A stretch of 64,000 nt of DNA from Octopus vulgaris. Its lineage: Eukaryota. Position numbers and translations under genes: made by a program. The stretch is from the NCBI GenBank assembly GCA_951406725.2, contig OX597815.1, positions 182,032,001 through 182,096,000 on the forward strand, in the 5' to 3' direction. Below, one piece after another: positions 50,426 to 63,800 of this stretch. The notes below the pieces were generated by a model. It saw nothing but the letters and a program-made list of their open reading frames with translations. It made no database searches and was not told where the DNA came from. Position 1 is the first letter of the stretch. Each line of letters begins with the position of its first letter.

Positions 50426-51032
50426 GAATAAATAGTGAATAGGAAGGAGTACATTTAGACAGCTATTTAATAAATACTACACATGTTTCGATAGAACATA
50501 CATCCACATATACACAGGATTTAAATTAAGCAAGGGTTTACCTGTATAATGGGATCCAGTTGTATCTCCACAGGTGATATATAATCACTGTCCCCCTAAC
50601 TAAATTTTAAACTTGAAGCTCACATATCCAACTGGCTCTTTTGAATCTAGTAGACACTGGCAGTGCCATTCTGCTCGCTGTCAACGTGCCTCTACATGTT
50701 CGACACGAGCAGCATTCTATACATTGGCTGTCCACTTTGTTTCACATGTTAGGCTGCACATGCTAAATTTTATTATTTCGCAAATGCACTCACACATATA
50801 CTAATACATATGCAATCACTGACACACATATGCACACTATTACACCACACACACACACACTCACACATATATCTATATATATATGCACATATATATACAC
50901 ACATGCACCCCCACCCCACGATGAATGCCTAAGCCTAGACTTCAAATACTACCGACTATTTGGTAATTCTAAAGGTGAACGAGTACTCTAATACTTTCCT
51001 AACGGAATATACTATAAATTATATATATATAT

Positions 51033-51490
51033 TATCATCATCATCATCATCATCGTTTAATGTCCGCTTTTCATGCTAGCATGGGTTGGATGGTTTGACT
51101 GAGGACTGGTGAGCCATGAGGCTGCACCAGGCTCCAGTCTTGATTTGGCAGAGTTTCTACAGCTGGATGCCCTTCCTAACGCCAACCACTCCGAGAGAGT
51201 AGTGGGTGCTTTTACGTGTCACTGGCACGAGGGCCAGTCAGGTGGTGCCGGCAACAGCCAGGCTCAAATCGTGTTTTTTACATGCCAGGAGCCAGTCCAG
51301 CAGCACTGGCAATGATCTCGCTCGAATGCTTTTTCATGTGCCAGTAAGGCAATGCTGGCAATGATCACCCTCGAATGGTGCTTTTTACGTGCCACTGGCA
51401 CAGAAGCCAGTTAGCTGCTCTGGCAACGATCACGCTTGGATGGTACTCTTAGTGCTCCACTAGCATGGATGCCAGTCATCGAATTTGATT
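51033..51490 (-). mobile_element. RTE 3'UTR (family C)
   Basis: Same structure as the other copies. Confidence 0.8.
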
Positions 51491-51954
51491 ACAGAAAGAT
51501 CAGACTTTTCTAAACGTTTATGCAAATTTCTAAAATCTTAGCAGCCATTTAATTCACTGTTGAATAACAAAAAGAAAAAAAAAAACAGGAATGTACAGAA
51601 TTTGAGTAATATAATAAAGTATTATTTATCATTTAAGCAGATAATTGCTCTGCTCTTCTAAATTAAATTTGTAATGTGATTATGGAGCAGACAACATTTA
51701 GCATTATTATTAAGGCATTGAATTTCAACCATTATAAGGTTCCTAAAGAAGCTTCAAGAAAGCATTTCTTGAGTTTATTGTCATTGAAATTGTTATTTAT
51801 CTGACATGTCCAAGACATAATTCTAATATCGTTGTAGTTGCAATTATTTTTTCTACATGAATCTAAATTGGTCTGATCAATAAGTATCCGGACTGTTGCC
51901 ATAGTAACGAACATAAAGCGTGCTGAATGAAGCTGCTTGGCAAAGATTGACCTT

Positions 51955-51978
51955 AAACACAGACACAAACATATACAT

Positions 51979-52043
<65 letters not shown>

Positions 52044-52215
52044 CATATATACGATGGGCTTCTTTCAGTTTCTGTCTACCAAATCCACTCACAAGGCTTT
52101 GGTCGGTCTGAAGCTATAGTAGAAAACACTTGCCCAAGGTGCCATGCAGTTTGACTGAACCCGGAACTATGTGGTTGGTAAGCAAGCTACTTACCACACA
52201 GCCACTCATGCACCT
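51955..52215 (-). mobile_element. SINE family A 5' half
   Basis: Matches family A. Confidence 0.8.
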
Positions 52216-53226
52216 ATTAATTAATTGTTTTTACAATTGTTTTGTCGCCTACAATATTTATAATGTTTTTAAGGTCTGATAGAGAAATAACTCATAAAAT
52301 TTGCAAGTCGGAGGGTTTAAGGGCTACAGTTGTATGATTCTTATTACATTTAGATTGTACAAAGTTTTTCCACTATAAACTGGGAGGGAGAAAGACAAAT
52401 CGTTCTATTTGTCAGTTGATCAATATTCTCATTAATGCTGCTGGTAAGACTATAGAATTTATCTTAAGTAATGTAAGAGGTTAACCATTATTTTATGCAT
52501 CCCTTAAAGGATATGACAGATTTAGTTTACATTGGCACCCATTTTGAAGGCTGATATTAATATTTATAAATCATGATAGACACAAAATCCAACAGTCAAT
52601 GCCAACATTTGAAGAAAGACACAAAAGGTTAATGCTTTGAAGTATTTCAATACATTTTTTATTAAGAATTTATCACACACTTAATCTTTACGTAGTGTAA
52701 AGTATCCTCTTTCATTATTTAGCATGAGCAGAACCAGAATCATTGATTATAGAATATTTCATGCCTTGGAGGCAATACAGATTTGAAGAATTTTAATTTT
52801 GCTATCAGTGGTGACTTTGAAGAGAATTATTTCTGGCTAAGTGGTTGGGAATTTTGCTTTGCCATGAAGGGGCTCCAGGGCTCAATATCACTGTCTGACA
52901 TCTTAGGCAAGTATCATTTAGTGTAGTATCAGGTTAAGCCAAGCCTAGTGAACTGGGAAAATGGAAACTATTTGGAAGCCTTTACTTGAAATGTCCATAT
53001 TATGATTTTGCCTGTGCCATTGAGTGGCCCATTACATTGGTCATCATAAAAACTAATGGTGACCCAGTTTTCCTTTCTTCTAACAGTGACGGTTGTCTTA
53101 CAAATGACTTCTATGCAAAATTTTATTTTTCAAAACCTAAAACATTTATTATTATAATTGAAGATACCGTTCTTGTTATTGTTGCTGTTTTAATCATTGT
53201 TGATGTTGTTGCTCTTGTAGCTATTA

Positions 53227-53257
<31 letters not shown>

Positions 53258-53259
53258 CA

Positions 53260-53306
<47 letters not shown>

Positions 53307-53309
<3 letters not shown>

Positions 53310-53700
53310 TAGTTTTATTTTTATAGCGTGCTTTCACTTCACTACCGAGCGCAGCTCTGTGTGCCTTGGGTATGTGCTGTGATTTGTTGTGATGCTCTGA
53401 TGGTTATTGTATGGAAAGTGTTCTGCGTAGGATGTGTGCAGTGCCTAGTAGTGCAATTTTCTGTATGTTATATGTGTTTGTAAGTCCTGGTGTTTTTGTT
53501 ATGTATTTGTCTGAATATTTTTTTATCATGCCTAATGCACCTACTATGATAGGAATTGTTTCTGTTTTCAGGTTCCACATTCTAGTTACCTCTATTTCCA
53601 GGTCTTTGTATTTTGAGAGTTTCTCCATTTCTTTTAGAGACACGTTGTCATCTGCCGGTATTGATACATCAATTAGAAAGCATTTTTTTTCTTCATGATC
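53307..53700 (-). mobile_element. Second Dong/R4-clade 3' end in a (TAA)n tract
   Basis: Near-identical to the 11717 copy; RLE C-terminus, stop at 53404. Confidence 0.9.
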
Positions 53701-54140
53701 GTTGTCATCCACTGGTATGGATACATTGATTAGAAAGCATTATCGTTATTATTATTGTTGTTGTTGTTGTTTTTTTCCTTCTTTCTTCAAATTTTCTTCC
53801 TTTTCTCGCCAAGTGTTTTCCGTGCACCTAGGGCAGAGAAGCTCAGTGTATGCATTCCCAGATTACACACGTAAAATATGTATTTAAAAAACATTAATAA
53901 ATAAATAAATTCATGAAATGCTTGATGGTATTTCGTCCGTTGCTACATTCAGGTTCAAATTCCGCCATGGTTGACTTTGCCCTTCATCCTTTTGGAGTTG
54001 ATAAATTAAATACCAATGAAACGCTGGGGGTCGATGTAATCAACTAGCCCCCTCCATCAAATTTCAGTAGAAACCATTATTTATTTTCATCATCATCATC
54101 ATCACCATCATCATGATCATGATGATGATGATGATCATCA

Positions 54141-54205
<65 letters not shown>

Positions 54206-54942
54206 ATTGGGTGAGAGAGCAGTGTATGTTATCAAAGTGACACTGGGGTAAAATATAAAAAGCCCAACCTATCCAGCATAACTACCTGTCTGATAAGAGT
54301 ACACCAAGATGATTTGATATGGTCAGCTTAAATGCTATAGGGTTAAAATAACGACATTTACATGACAAGTGACAATCTACTTTTCCATTAGTCTACGCTG
54401 AAGTCATAAAGAAATAGAATGACAAGGTAGCAAAACTGTTACAGCAGTGATCTAAATGTCTTAAAGAATTTTGCTTCATAGAATAAAGATTATTCATTCA
54501 TATTCTTCTAAGCTGACTGAATTTCATACGATTGTTAATGAAATGAGTTGCACTCAGAAACTGAAGACAAGAACATGGACTGCATCCACTCTACCAATAT
54601 TTGGTTTTGCATGGAGGAACATAATTATTTTGTTGAGTTGTCAGTCAGTAACATCGGTTTGACAATTCTCTTTATCTCTGTCCTCTCATCTTTTATCTTT
54701 TACCTGTTTCAGTCATTTGACTGCAGCCATGCTGGGGCATTGCCATGAAGAGTTTTTATTTTTTAAAACTGATATTTATTCTGTCAGTTTCTTGTGCCAA
54801 ACCACTAAGTTACAGGGACATAAATAAACCAACACTGTCTTCAAGTGGTGGTTGGGAACAAACACACACACAATGACACACAAACACATATTGATATATA
54901 TGAACCCCCACCAACTATTCTGTCTATATATCTGTGCACATC

Positions 54943-55140
54943 TTTCAATGCCGTGTATGCCATAAGGTCTACAAATCTAACAGAGGCCTCAAAAGACATT
55001 TTAAGATCCACAAAGAGCAGAACTTAACTGCAACTCTTGGTGGTCCAAATCAGATATGCAAGCAATCTTTGTGGGTGTCTTTTTAGAACATTGTCTGGTT
55101 TAAAAAGCCACATCAGACACCATGATGGAGCTAAGGTGTA
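54943..55140 (+). pseudogene. Two degenerate C2H2 zinc fingers, probably a LINE ORF C-terminus
   Basis: FQCRVCHKVYKSNRGLKRHFKIH, then after a frameshift SNLCGCLFRTLSGLKSHIRHH..*. Confidence 0.6.
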
Positions 55141-55202
55141 AGTAAATCAGGTGGTCAGTCTGTATGTAGAAGGTTGAAAAGGAACACACGAGTTGATATA
55201 TT

Positions 55203-55555
55203 TGGAAAAAAAAGTCAAGATAGAAAATGCTAAAATAATTTTATAAAAAAAAACATTTCAGTACCGGTTTCAGTCATTGAGACTTCTTCAACTGTAAATA
55301 TGGAATACAATTAAATTTTGGTAAAATTAAAAGAAAAGCTTTTTAAAAGAATATTTGCATAGTATTCTAATACAAGGGGCATTTTCCTTGTTTCTGCTTG
55401 TCTCTGTCTCTCTAGTTTACTTTTGTGGGTTCAAATTTTACCAAAATTTAATTGTTTTCCATATTTATAGTTGAAGAAGTCTCAATGACTGAAACTGGTA
55501 CTGAAATGTTTTTTATAAAATTATTTTAGCATTTTCTATCTTGATTTTTTTTCCA
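55203..55555. mobile_element. Foldback element with UUGAAGA hammerheads (55256-55298 on -, 55464-55506 on +)
   Basis: Arms 55203-55328 and 55434-55555; cag-TTGAAGA-AGTC tcaat GACT-GAAAC-CG-GTA-ctg. Confidence 0.75.
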
Positions 55556-55784
55556 TATATATATATATATATATATATATGTTGGGCTTCTTAAGGTCTA
55601 AAGTTATAAGTAGAAGACACTTGCCTATGATACCATGCAGGGGTACTGAACCTAGAACTATGTGGTTGGGAAGTAAGCATCTTACCTCACAGCTATCCCA
55701 GTGCCTAATATGTAATAACATGAGTATAAACATTTTAAACATGAATTATGAGTGAATGATAATACGGAACAAGGAAGTAAAGAG

Positions 55785-56170
55785 GAAAAGAGAATAAGGA
55801 GGAGAGATGGAAAAGAGATGAAGGAGAATAAGGAGGAGAGATGGAAAAGAGATGGAGGAGAATAGGGAGAAGAGATGGAAAAGAGATGGAGGAGAATAAG
55901 GAGGAGAGATGGAAAAGAGATGGAGGAGAATAGGGAGGAGAGATGGAGAGATGGAGGAGAGATGGAAAAGAGATGGAGGAGAATAAGGAGGAGAGATGGA
56001 GGAGAATAGGGAGGAGAGATGGAGGAGAATAGGGAGGAGAGATGGAGGAGAATAAGGAGGAGGGATGGAAAAGAGATGGAGGAGAATAAGGAGGAGAGAT
56101 GGAAAAGAGATGGAAGAGAATAAGGAGGAGAGATGGAAAAGAGATGGAGGAGAATAAGGAAGAGATATGG
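55785..56170 (+). repeat. Purine-rich minisatellite (GGAGAATAAGGAGGAGAGATGGAAAAGAGAT-like)
   Basis: Seen directly. Confidence 0.9.
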
Positions 56171-57069
56171 AAAGGTTGGCTTCATAGTTCTGACAAGACT
56201 TATTATGTCATTGCATTACAAACTTGTGAAATTCTTAAAACCTGTGTTTTTAATTCATCAGCAATTTCAGGTAAATCTGTGAAGCTGAAAATTATAACTA
56301 ATTGTTTGATTACTTCTAAATCATTCCAAAGCAATTAGTTCACTGTGTTTTCTTTTTTTTTTTTTTTAATGAAATAGCTGATTAATGAATAATTTAAACC
56401 GGAAAATAAATTATTTCCCTGTGTGTTGTCATTGCATGAAACCACTCACAACCTCTGCTGTTTCTTAAAGGTTAACATCAGAAATTGATTTACGACATTT
56501 CTTCTGTGACTGTCAAATGGTTTCAAGTCTTCTTTATTGTTCTGGTCTCACATTTTTGTTTTTGTTTTTTGCCAGCAGAGATTTTCCTGAATAAACAGAC
56601 ACAATCTAAGGTATGTCAATAGACTGACCAAATGACCTAGAGCTATCCTCTTCTAGTGCTTCAGATGAACCATACTTCCACTTACTTAAGGACTACAGAG
56701 CAGACGAAGTGTAGAATGCAATGTGAGAAGATGTTAAATATTCTCACTTCTTGAAACTAATCTTGGCTTCTTCTTGTTCCTATTGTTGTGTTTTGCTACG
56801 ACACTGATTCATACATTCAAGACCAACTGGGTAACTTACCAAGTCTACTAAATACTGTGTGCAAATAGAAACCAACATACTTAGGCCACATAGATGCAGG
56901 CATGGCAGTATAGTAAGAAGTTTGCTTCCCAACCACATGGTTCTGGGTTCGGTCCCACTGCATGGTACCTTGGACAAGTGCCTTCTACTGTATCCTTGGA
57001 CCAATCAAAAACTTGGAAATGGAGTTGATAGATGGAAACTGAAAGAAGACCATCGTATATATATATATA

Positions 57070-57470
57070 CTAGCAGTATCGTCCGGCGTTGCTCGGGTTT
57101 GTAAGGGAAATAACTATATAAGCATTTTTAGAGAGTTATAGCCAAAAAATAGCAAAAAAAATCCTTTAAAAATGGACAAAAAAATGATGGTAAATTTTTT
57201 TTTAAATCGTTGAGTCATCGTAGACATTTTTAGAGAGTTACTTCCCTTATATAATAGCGAAAAAATGCATTAAAATGGAAAAAAAATGATGGTAAATTTT
57301 TTTTTAAATCGTAGACTCATTGTAGACGCGCGCTAATACCCAGAAGGGCTCGATATGAATCACGACTATAAGATACCCGGTTTTGGTTAAACTGCACCGC
57401 AAAATGTGGGAGTATTTAGGAATCTAAATCGTAGGCGACAGACACACAACTTGACTTTTATATATAAAGA
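57070..57470 (-). mobile_element. Non-autonomous Helitron
   Basis: Minus strand A|TC...cccgagcaacgccgg hairpin...CTAG|T; internal direct repeat of about 110 bp. Confidence 0.85.
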
Positions 57471-57669
57471 TATCACTCTTTCATTGCTCTTTCACTTGTT
57501 TCAGTCATTTGACTGTTGCCATGCTGGAGCACCACCTTTAGTCGAGAAATCGACCCCAGGACTTATTATTTGTAAACCTATACTTATTCTATCGGTCACT
57601 TTTGCTGAACCGCTAAGTTACAAGGATGTAAACACAGCAGCATTGGTCGTCAAGCGATGTTGGGGGTAT

Positions 57670-58200
57670 TTTTTACCTCCTGTGCTTTCTTTTATATTTA
57701 TATTTTATATATTTAAGATCCATAGTAATACTTATATATGATCAAACGTTTTTGGAGGCGTAGTGTTATATATAAAGTCATTGACTTGAATTTGATGTTT
57801 GTTCTTTGATCAATGCTTCTTTATCTCTGTCTCAACTTTTAAGTCACTTCAAAAAAACTCTTGATCGAATAACACTGTTTACAAGACTCTATGCTTGGAA
57901 TGACCAATTATAAACACCATTGGAACTCACACACATGGTACAGGAAACTTACATATACACCATTCTGCTTAAATAATGGAACTGCAGATACAATATCTTT
58001 ACTTATCTCTCATCTGTTTTCATTCCTCCACTTCACTCTGTATTTCATATCTTCTCTGTAACAACTTACTTAAATATTTTCTCCCACCGTCTCTGATGAA
58101 GGGAGATATAAAATATCCTGGAAACAGCTCTTTATAAATGTTCTGATATCTTGCATAGACTTGGATTCTTTATCTCATTCTGTTAATTTTTTATATGTAT
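57670..58200 (+). mobile_element. Penelope-like 3' fragment with a truncated hammerhead (58089-58129)
   Basis: Homologous to 61530-62310; gtct-CTGATGA-aggga...tcctg-GAAAC-AGCT followed by a deletion. Confidence 0.55.
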
Positions 58201-58694
58201 GCATGCTAATACATGACCTACGTTGGACTCCTCATTCATAATCATAATCATCGAACCTGGAGCTTAACTATAGTCTGTCCATAGCACTTATGTGGCATTA
58301 CCTGACACCATATTGGTGATGGTGCACAGGTTTTATGTTTGGCTTGGATCTTATTATTATTGTCTTGCAGACTTTACTATTAAAGGCCTTGCAACATATA
58401 TCCATTCCAGCTTATTAACAGATTCAGTCATCCAATGCCCCTTTCCTTCTTTTTCTAAGATAATAGGGCCCGATTTAAAGCAGAATTGGCTATAGTTTAC
58501 AACAAGTTGAAATATCATATCAATGATGTTCATGTTGTTGTTATCATTACCATTGTTTAGCCCTAGGTCAATCTTGATCAATTCAAGATTACTTAGGAAT
58601 AATACATCAAAACAATAACCATTCCATAATTTTTAATGTTAACTTGTATTTCATTATTTAAGGTGTCTTTCCATTTATAAGAGGATATATTCTT

Positions 58695-59106
58695 TTATTC
58701 TTCCATTCTTTTACTTGTTTCAGTCATTTGACTGTGGCCGTGCTGGAGCACTGCCTTTAGTCGAACAAATTGATCCCAGGACTTATTCTTTGTAAGCCTA
58801 GTACTTATTCTATCGGCCTCTTTTGCTGAACCGCTTAATTACAGGGACATAAACACACCGGCATCGATTGTCAAGCAATGTTGGGGAGGACAAACACAGA
58901 CAAACAAACAAACACACATACAGATATATACATATATAAACGACAGGCTTCTTTCAGTTTCCACATTCTACCAAATCCACTCACAAAGCTTTGGTTAGCC
59001 CAAGGGTATAGTAGAAGACACTTATCCAAGGTGCCATACAGTGGGACTGAACCCAGAGACATGTGGTTGATAAGCAAGCTACTTACCATACAGCCATGCC
59101 TGTGCC
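58695..59106 (-). mobile_element. Full-length SINE family A
   Basis: Matches family A. Confidence 0.85.
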
Positions 59107-59368
59107 TATATATTTTAATTTGAGAAATATTTAACTGCTATTTCTACCAAATAAAGTGACCATGTAAAAGCTCCTCCTTTGTCAATTCCTGTGGTGTTTG
59201 TGTTCTTATTGTCAATCCCCAGGCCAATATGTGATCCAGTAGTGACTGTCCCCCTTTTTTTTTATGGATGGTTTTCAGAATCAGGAGTGGTCTTGTTTGG
59301 GTTGGGAGGAATTTTTATGATGGTAGATTGGTAAAATCACTGAAACAAAATAACTTAAAGCATTAGGG

Positions 59369-60391
59369 CAGTGGTTCCCAACCTGGGGTTCACGGACCCT
59401 TGCTGGTCTGCAGAGGTAGTACTGGGTGGACTGTGAACTAAATTCAAAATTTTATGTGTATATATATAAATACAAAACGTGCTTATGCTGTCTCCTCTCA
59501 TAAGCTCATCTTCCTAGCGTTCATAATAATGTTTGTATCGTCTTGGCTTAACGCCCCTCTCCGTTTGTTTTTACTGTCTTGTTCTGACTGTCCTGTTCTC
59601 ACTGTCCTGTTCTCACTGTCCTGTTCTTGTTACCACTTTCACCCTCTGCAAAAAATCCCAAATTTTATTTAATTTGCTTTGCGGGAAGAACTTTTTCAAT
59701 GAAGTCACGTATTGTCCTTGCCTTCAAAAACATGGAGTAGATGAAACAGGGACAACTGAAGAAGGGGAATATTCTTTATGTTGTATGTCTCATTTCTGTT
59801 TGCTTTTTCGTTGTTCCCCAAAAAATGTTCGTTTTCTATGTTTTTGTTTTCATGTTTTCGTTTTTCATTATATTCAATGTTCTTTTGATGTCCTGTACCC
59901 ATATATGCCTGTATATATACATATATATGTAGGTATGTACATATATGTATGTATATATGCATATATCTATATATTATTTATATATTATATATATATATAT
60001 ATGTATGAATGTATGTATGTATGTATGTATGTATGTATGTATGTATGTATGTATGTATGTATGTATGTATGTATGTATGTATGCATGTATATATGTATGT
60101 ATGTGTGTATGTAGGGGGAGTTCACGAAAAAACAAAAGACGAAGACAGGTGGTGTACAAAGCAAATAGATGCATTAGTATAACGCTCAGGAGTAGAAAAA
60201 GTCTTTTACGTTTCGAGCCTACGCTCTTCTACAGAAAGGGACAAAACAAGGGGAGAAAAAGAAATATGTGTATTGGCTACCGATCTATCATACATATGTA
60301 TGTATGTATGTAGTTGTGTATACATAAGGATAAGCATATTAAAAAGGGTCCATGAGAAAACTTATTTAAATAAATGGGTTGGCAATGACTG
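59369..60391. mobile_element. hAT-type MITE with nested insertions
   Basis: TIRs cagtggttcccaacc / ggttggcaatgactg; 8-bp flanks cattaggg and cactagtg (6/8 identical). Confidence 0.6.
60203..60238 (-). ncRNA. CUGUAGA hammerhead-like motif (family G, element about 60113-60292)
   Basis: Identical to the 35518-35553 motif. Confidence 0.65.
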
Positions 60392-61241
60392 CACTAGTGC
60401 CTTGCACCACATATTGTAGCTCTTCATGTTGTGAAGCCAACTTTGTTTTTAATCCTTTAATCCTTTAAGGGTCGTTAAAACAAATGCCAGTCAAATACTT
60501 GGATTAATATAATCAACTATTCAAGCTCATCCACTGCATTTTTAGCTTTGTGCAGATGTGAAAAAAAAAACAAAATGATTGTTTAAAGTTGCAATTTTAA
60601 TGAAGTGAACAAGGAATTACGCCATGAAAAATGGTTATTTATATATTTATCACCTTTTTTTTTTAGATATTGTTGTATGTTTATTCTATTGTTTTTTTTT
60701 TTAAATTTATTATTGAAACAAAAAGGAAATTGAAACAGATGAAATTCTTATGTCATTTATTTATTAAAGTTACCTGCAGAATATTGTTATGAATTATTGA
60801 GAATATTATTGACGTAATCAGCTGCTAAATGGAAAATGACAGGTTGATAATGCACAATAGGAAGGACAAAGGGCTAAACATTGCTTTCTCTCTCTTTGTT
60901 TATATACTTATCAATGCAGAGAGTGAGGAGAAAGAGAAAGAGAGAGAAGAGAGACAGAGAGAGAGAGAGGGAAAGAGAGACAGAGAGATAGAGACAGAGC
61001 AGAAGGGGGGGAGGATGATTAATCTAAAATGGAACCAAATGCTTTGACACAGAACAAATGAAATATTGCAATGATAAACGTGTGCACAGAAAACAGTGCA
61101 ACCGTTCTCTCACGGGGCTACTAAATGCCTAGTCTGCAGCTGCATTTGTCAAACCTACATTGGCTTACAAATGCCTTATGCAGGTCTGCAGACATTAAAA
61201 CTGGCAGAAAATATTCCTTGATTCCAAGGGGCTACCAATGA

Positions 61242-61279
<38 letters not shown>

Positions 61280-61282
<3 letters not shown>

Positions 61283-61485
61283 CATCCAAACATGAACAAA
61301 GAGAAAATACACAGCAACGTGAGAACATCGAACAAGTATAGTGTTATTGGACGCTCAGGAAAGGAAAGAAAGACGGAGGATTTAACATTTTGAGCGGAGC
61401 TCTTCCTCAGAAATATAGAAAAGGTATAGGTCCAACGAAGAGAAGACAGAGAAAGAAAATCGCCAACGATACACACGCGGTCGAT
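61280..61485 (-). mobile_element. (TA)n-embedded relative of family G with canonical CUGAGGA core
   Basis: attt-CTGAGGA-a GAGC tcc GCTC-aaaat-GTT-aaat at about 61380-61414. Confidence 0.6.
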
Positions 61486-61529
61486 TGCATATACTTTCTT
61501 GATAGGCCATTATATATATCTGTTTTTTA

Positions 61530-62310
61530 TTCACATATATTGTTTTTTACCTCCTGTGTTTTTATATATGTATACTTTATATGTTTAAGAGCCATGGTAA
61601 TACTTATATATGACCAAACAGTTTTGGAGGCATAGTGTTATGTATAAAGTCATTGACTCGAATTTGATGTTTGTTCTTTGATCAATGCTTCTTTATCTTT
61701 GTCTTAACTTTTAAGTCACTTCAAAAAAAAACCCTCAATCAAATAACACTGTTTACAAGATTCTATGCTTGGAATTACCAATTAGAAACACCATTGCAAC
61801 TCACACACAAGTTACAGGAAACATATATATATACACCATTCTGCTTAAATAATGGAACTGCAGATACAATATCCTTATGTATCTCAAGTCTGTTTTCATT
61901 CATCCACTTCACTCTGTACTTCATATCTTCTCTGTAACAACTCACTTAAACATTTTCTCACACCGTCTCCAATGAAGGGAGATGTAAAATATCACAGAAA
62001 TAGCTGTAAGGCCTTCTCTTTATACAATTGCAGCGTGGAAGGTGTTTATAAGCCATTTAAGAAACACACAAAAGCCGTTCGATTCACTTCAACATTTAAG
62101 TTTAATTTGTCAAAATATTTTCGTCGCTAAAATCCGTGACCTGTTCACTGACAAAAATCTGTGCTGCAATTGTTTTCGTTTCAGCACACGATCTCAGATC
62201 AAATTACTTGCTATGCGAGTACATCTCCGTAACTTCTCTTTATAAATGTTCTGAAAACTTTTACAGCCTTGGATTTTTTAATCTCATTCTGTTAATTTTT
62301 ATATATATGC
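61530..62310 (+). mobile_element. Second copy of the 57670 element, carrying a family F insertion
   Basis: Colinear with 57670-58200; decayed hammerhead at about 61965-62012. Confidence 0.6.
62025..62232. mobile_element. Family F insertion (GUGAACA motif at 62106-62155 on -)
   Basis: Perfect 12-bp TSD cttctctttata at 62013-62024 and 62233-62244. Confidence 0.85.
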
Positions 62311-62349
62311 ATGCCATTACAAAAATGTAACAGTATACCATTACAAAAA

Positions 62350-62572
62350 TGTTGGGGGACAAACACAGACACACAAACATATAAATACATATATATGTAT
62401 GTATATATATGACAGGCTCCTTTCAGTTGCCGCCTACCAAATCTACTCACAAGGCTTTGGTCAGCCCGAGGTTATAGTAGAAGACACTTGCCCAAGGTGC
62501 CACACAGTGGGACTGAACCTGGAACCATGTGGTTGTTAAGCAAGCTACTTACCACACAGCCACTTCTGTGCC
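62350..62572 (-). mobile_element. SINE family A 5' half
   Basis: Matches family A. Confidence 0.8.
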
Positions 62573-63519
62573 TGTTACTTGGTTTAAAAGAAAAAGTAAT
62601 TTTCATATTTCACAGCCAGGAATATGAATTAAATTAATCTAAAAATGAACTAAACATCAAGTAAAACATTTAGTTTAATGTGAACCATTAAAGTTTTAAT
62701 TAAACCCCATTCTCTTGCAGAATACAAGATCAAAGAAGGTTTAGCAAATTCCGCCAAACATGTGTTTGTGCATTAACATGTAAAGCTAAAGCATTTTATT
62801 TTAAATATTTCCATGTTCAGAACATAGTTAATGTGGCCAGTACTATACAATATCACATGGAATGTTTTAGTGTATCAAATTCAATGTTTTATTTCTCTGC
62901 ATTTAAATCCTGCAAGAGATAGTTTCGCCTTATTCTCTCTAGATTTGATTGAATATGTTTAATTCAATAAAATTCTAAAACCGATTTTAGGTCAAATACC
63001 AAATCAATATTTTGAGTATCAAATTTCCAAAACAAAATTATATTGGGATTCATATAAAAAAAACTAAAAAAGCAAAATATTTTTCCTTTCAACTTCCTGA
63101 AGAAATTTGATTTTATTGAAGAATTAATAATTAAAATAGCATAAGATTCCAAAAAATAGCAATTTTGAAGCTCTTTAAAAATGGAGAAGCTGAAATGGTT
63201 TTGAAAGTGGTAAACTGGATCTATATTATTAACTTCCTTTTTGAGCAGCATTTCAGTGATGGCGTTCGTTATATTAATCACCTCATTAAGGGAATTACTA
63301 TTTTATACATGTTAAGGGTCTAAAATTGAGTTAATATTTTCTCATGGCTACTTTCTTAATGTTGATATTGTGTTGCAAAACATTTGACCAGTTGTATTAT
63401 TAAGGTGACTAAATGTATCTGACTCAAACTGACACTCAGTCAGTTATGACACAGGGTGTTCCGGTTGATCGGAGCAATGGAACTGCTCAAGGAGTTAGCA
63501 TGCAAAAGACCTGTTCTTC

Positions 63520-63800
63520 ACTCCTGCTTCAGAGCATTGGCTGCGGGGTCACTCTGAAAAGCTCTATCTGCGACGATTTCATCTCAATCGAAGGAGAGGG
63601 GCTTTCTCCGTCCGGGTTGCGGATCCGTGGAATAAGCTGCCGGATGAGATGGTGAAGATGCCGACGACCGCTCGGATCAAAGTCTCCCTTGACCACAAGT
63701 GGCCTGAACTCTTTACATGAACACCTGTACATAACTCCATGTCCCTCTACATGGCCTTGCTTTTTGCTTTTTGGGCCAAAAATTAACTAACTAACTAACT
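63520..63800 (+). mobile_element. CR1-clade LINE 3' end with (AACT)n tail
   Basis: RGHSEKLYLRRFHLNRRRGAFSVRVADPWNKLPDEMV...KVSLD; stop at 63720. Confidence 0.85.

Noticed and set aside
55682-56185. 167-aa S/L/P-rich ORF
   Set aside because: It is the stop-free strand of a minisatellite.
59700-59780. GTA-ttgtccttg...cagggacaa-CTGAAGA, a possible type II/III hammerhead
   Set aside because: Stem I is good but there is no correctly placed GAAA or stem III.
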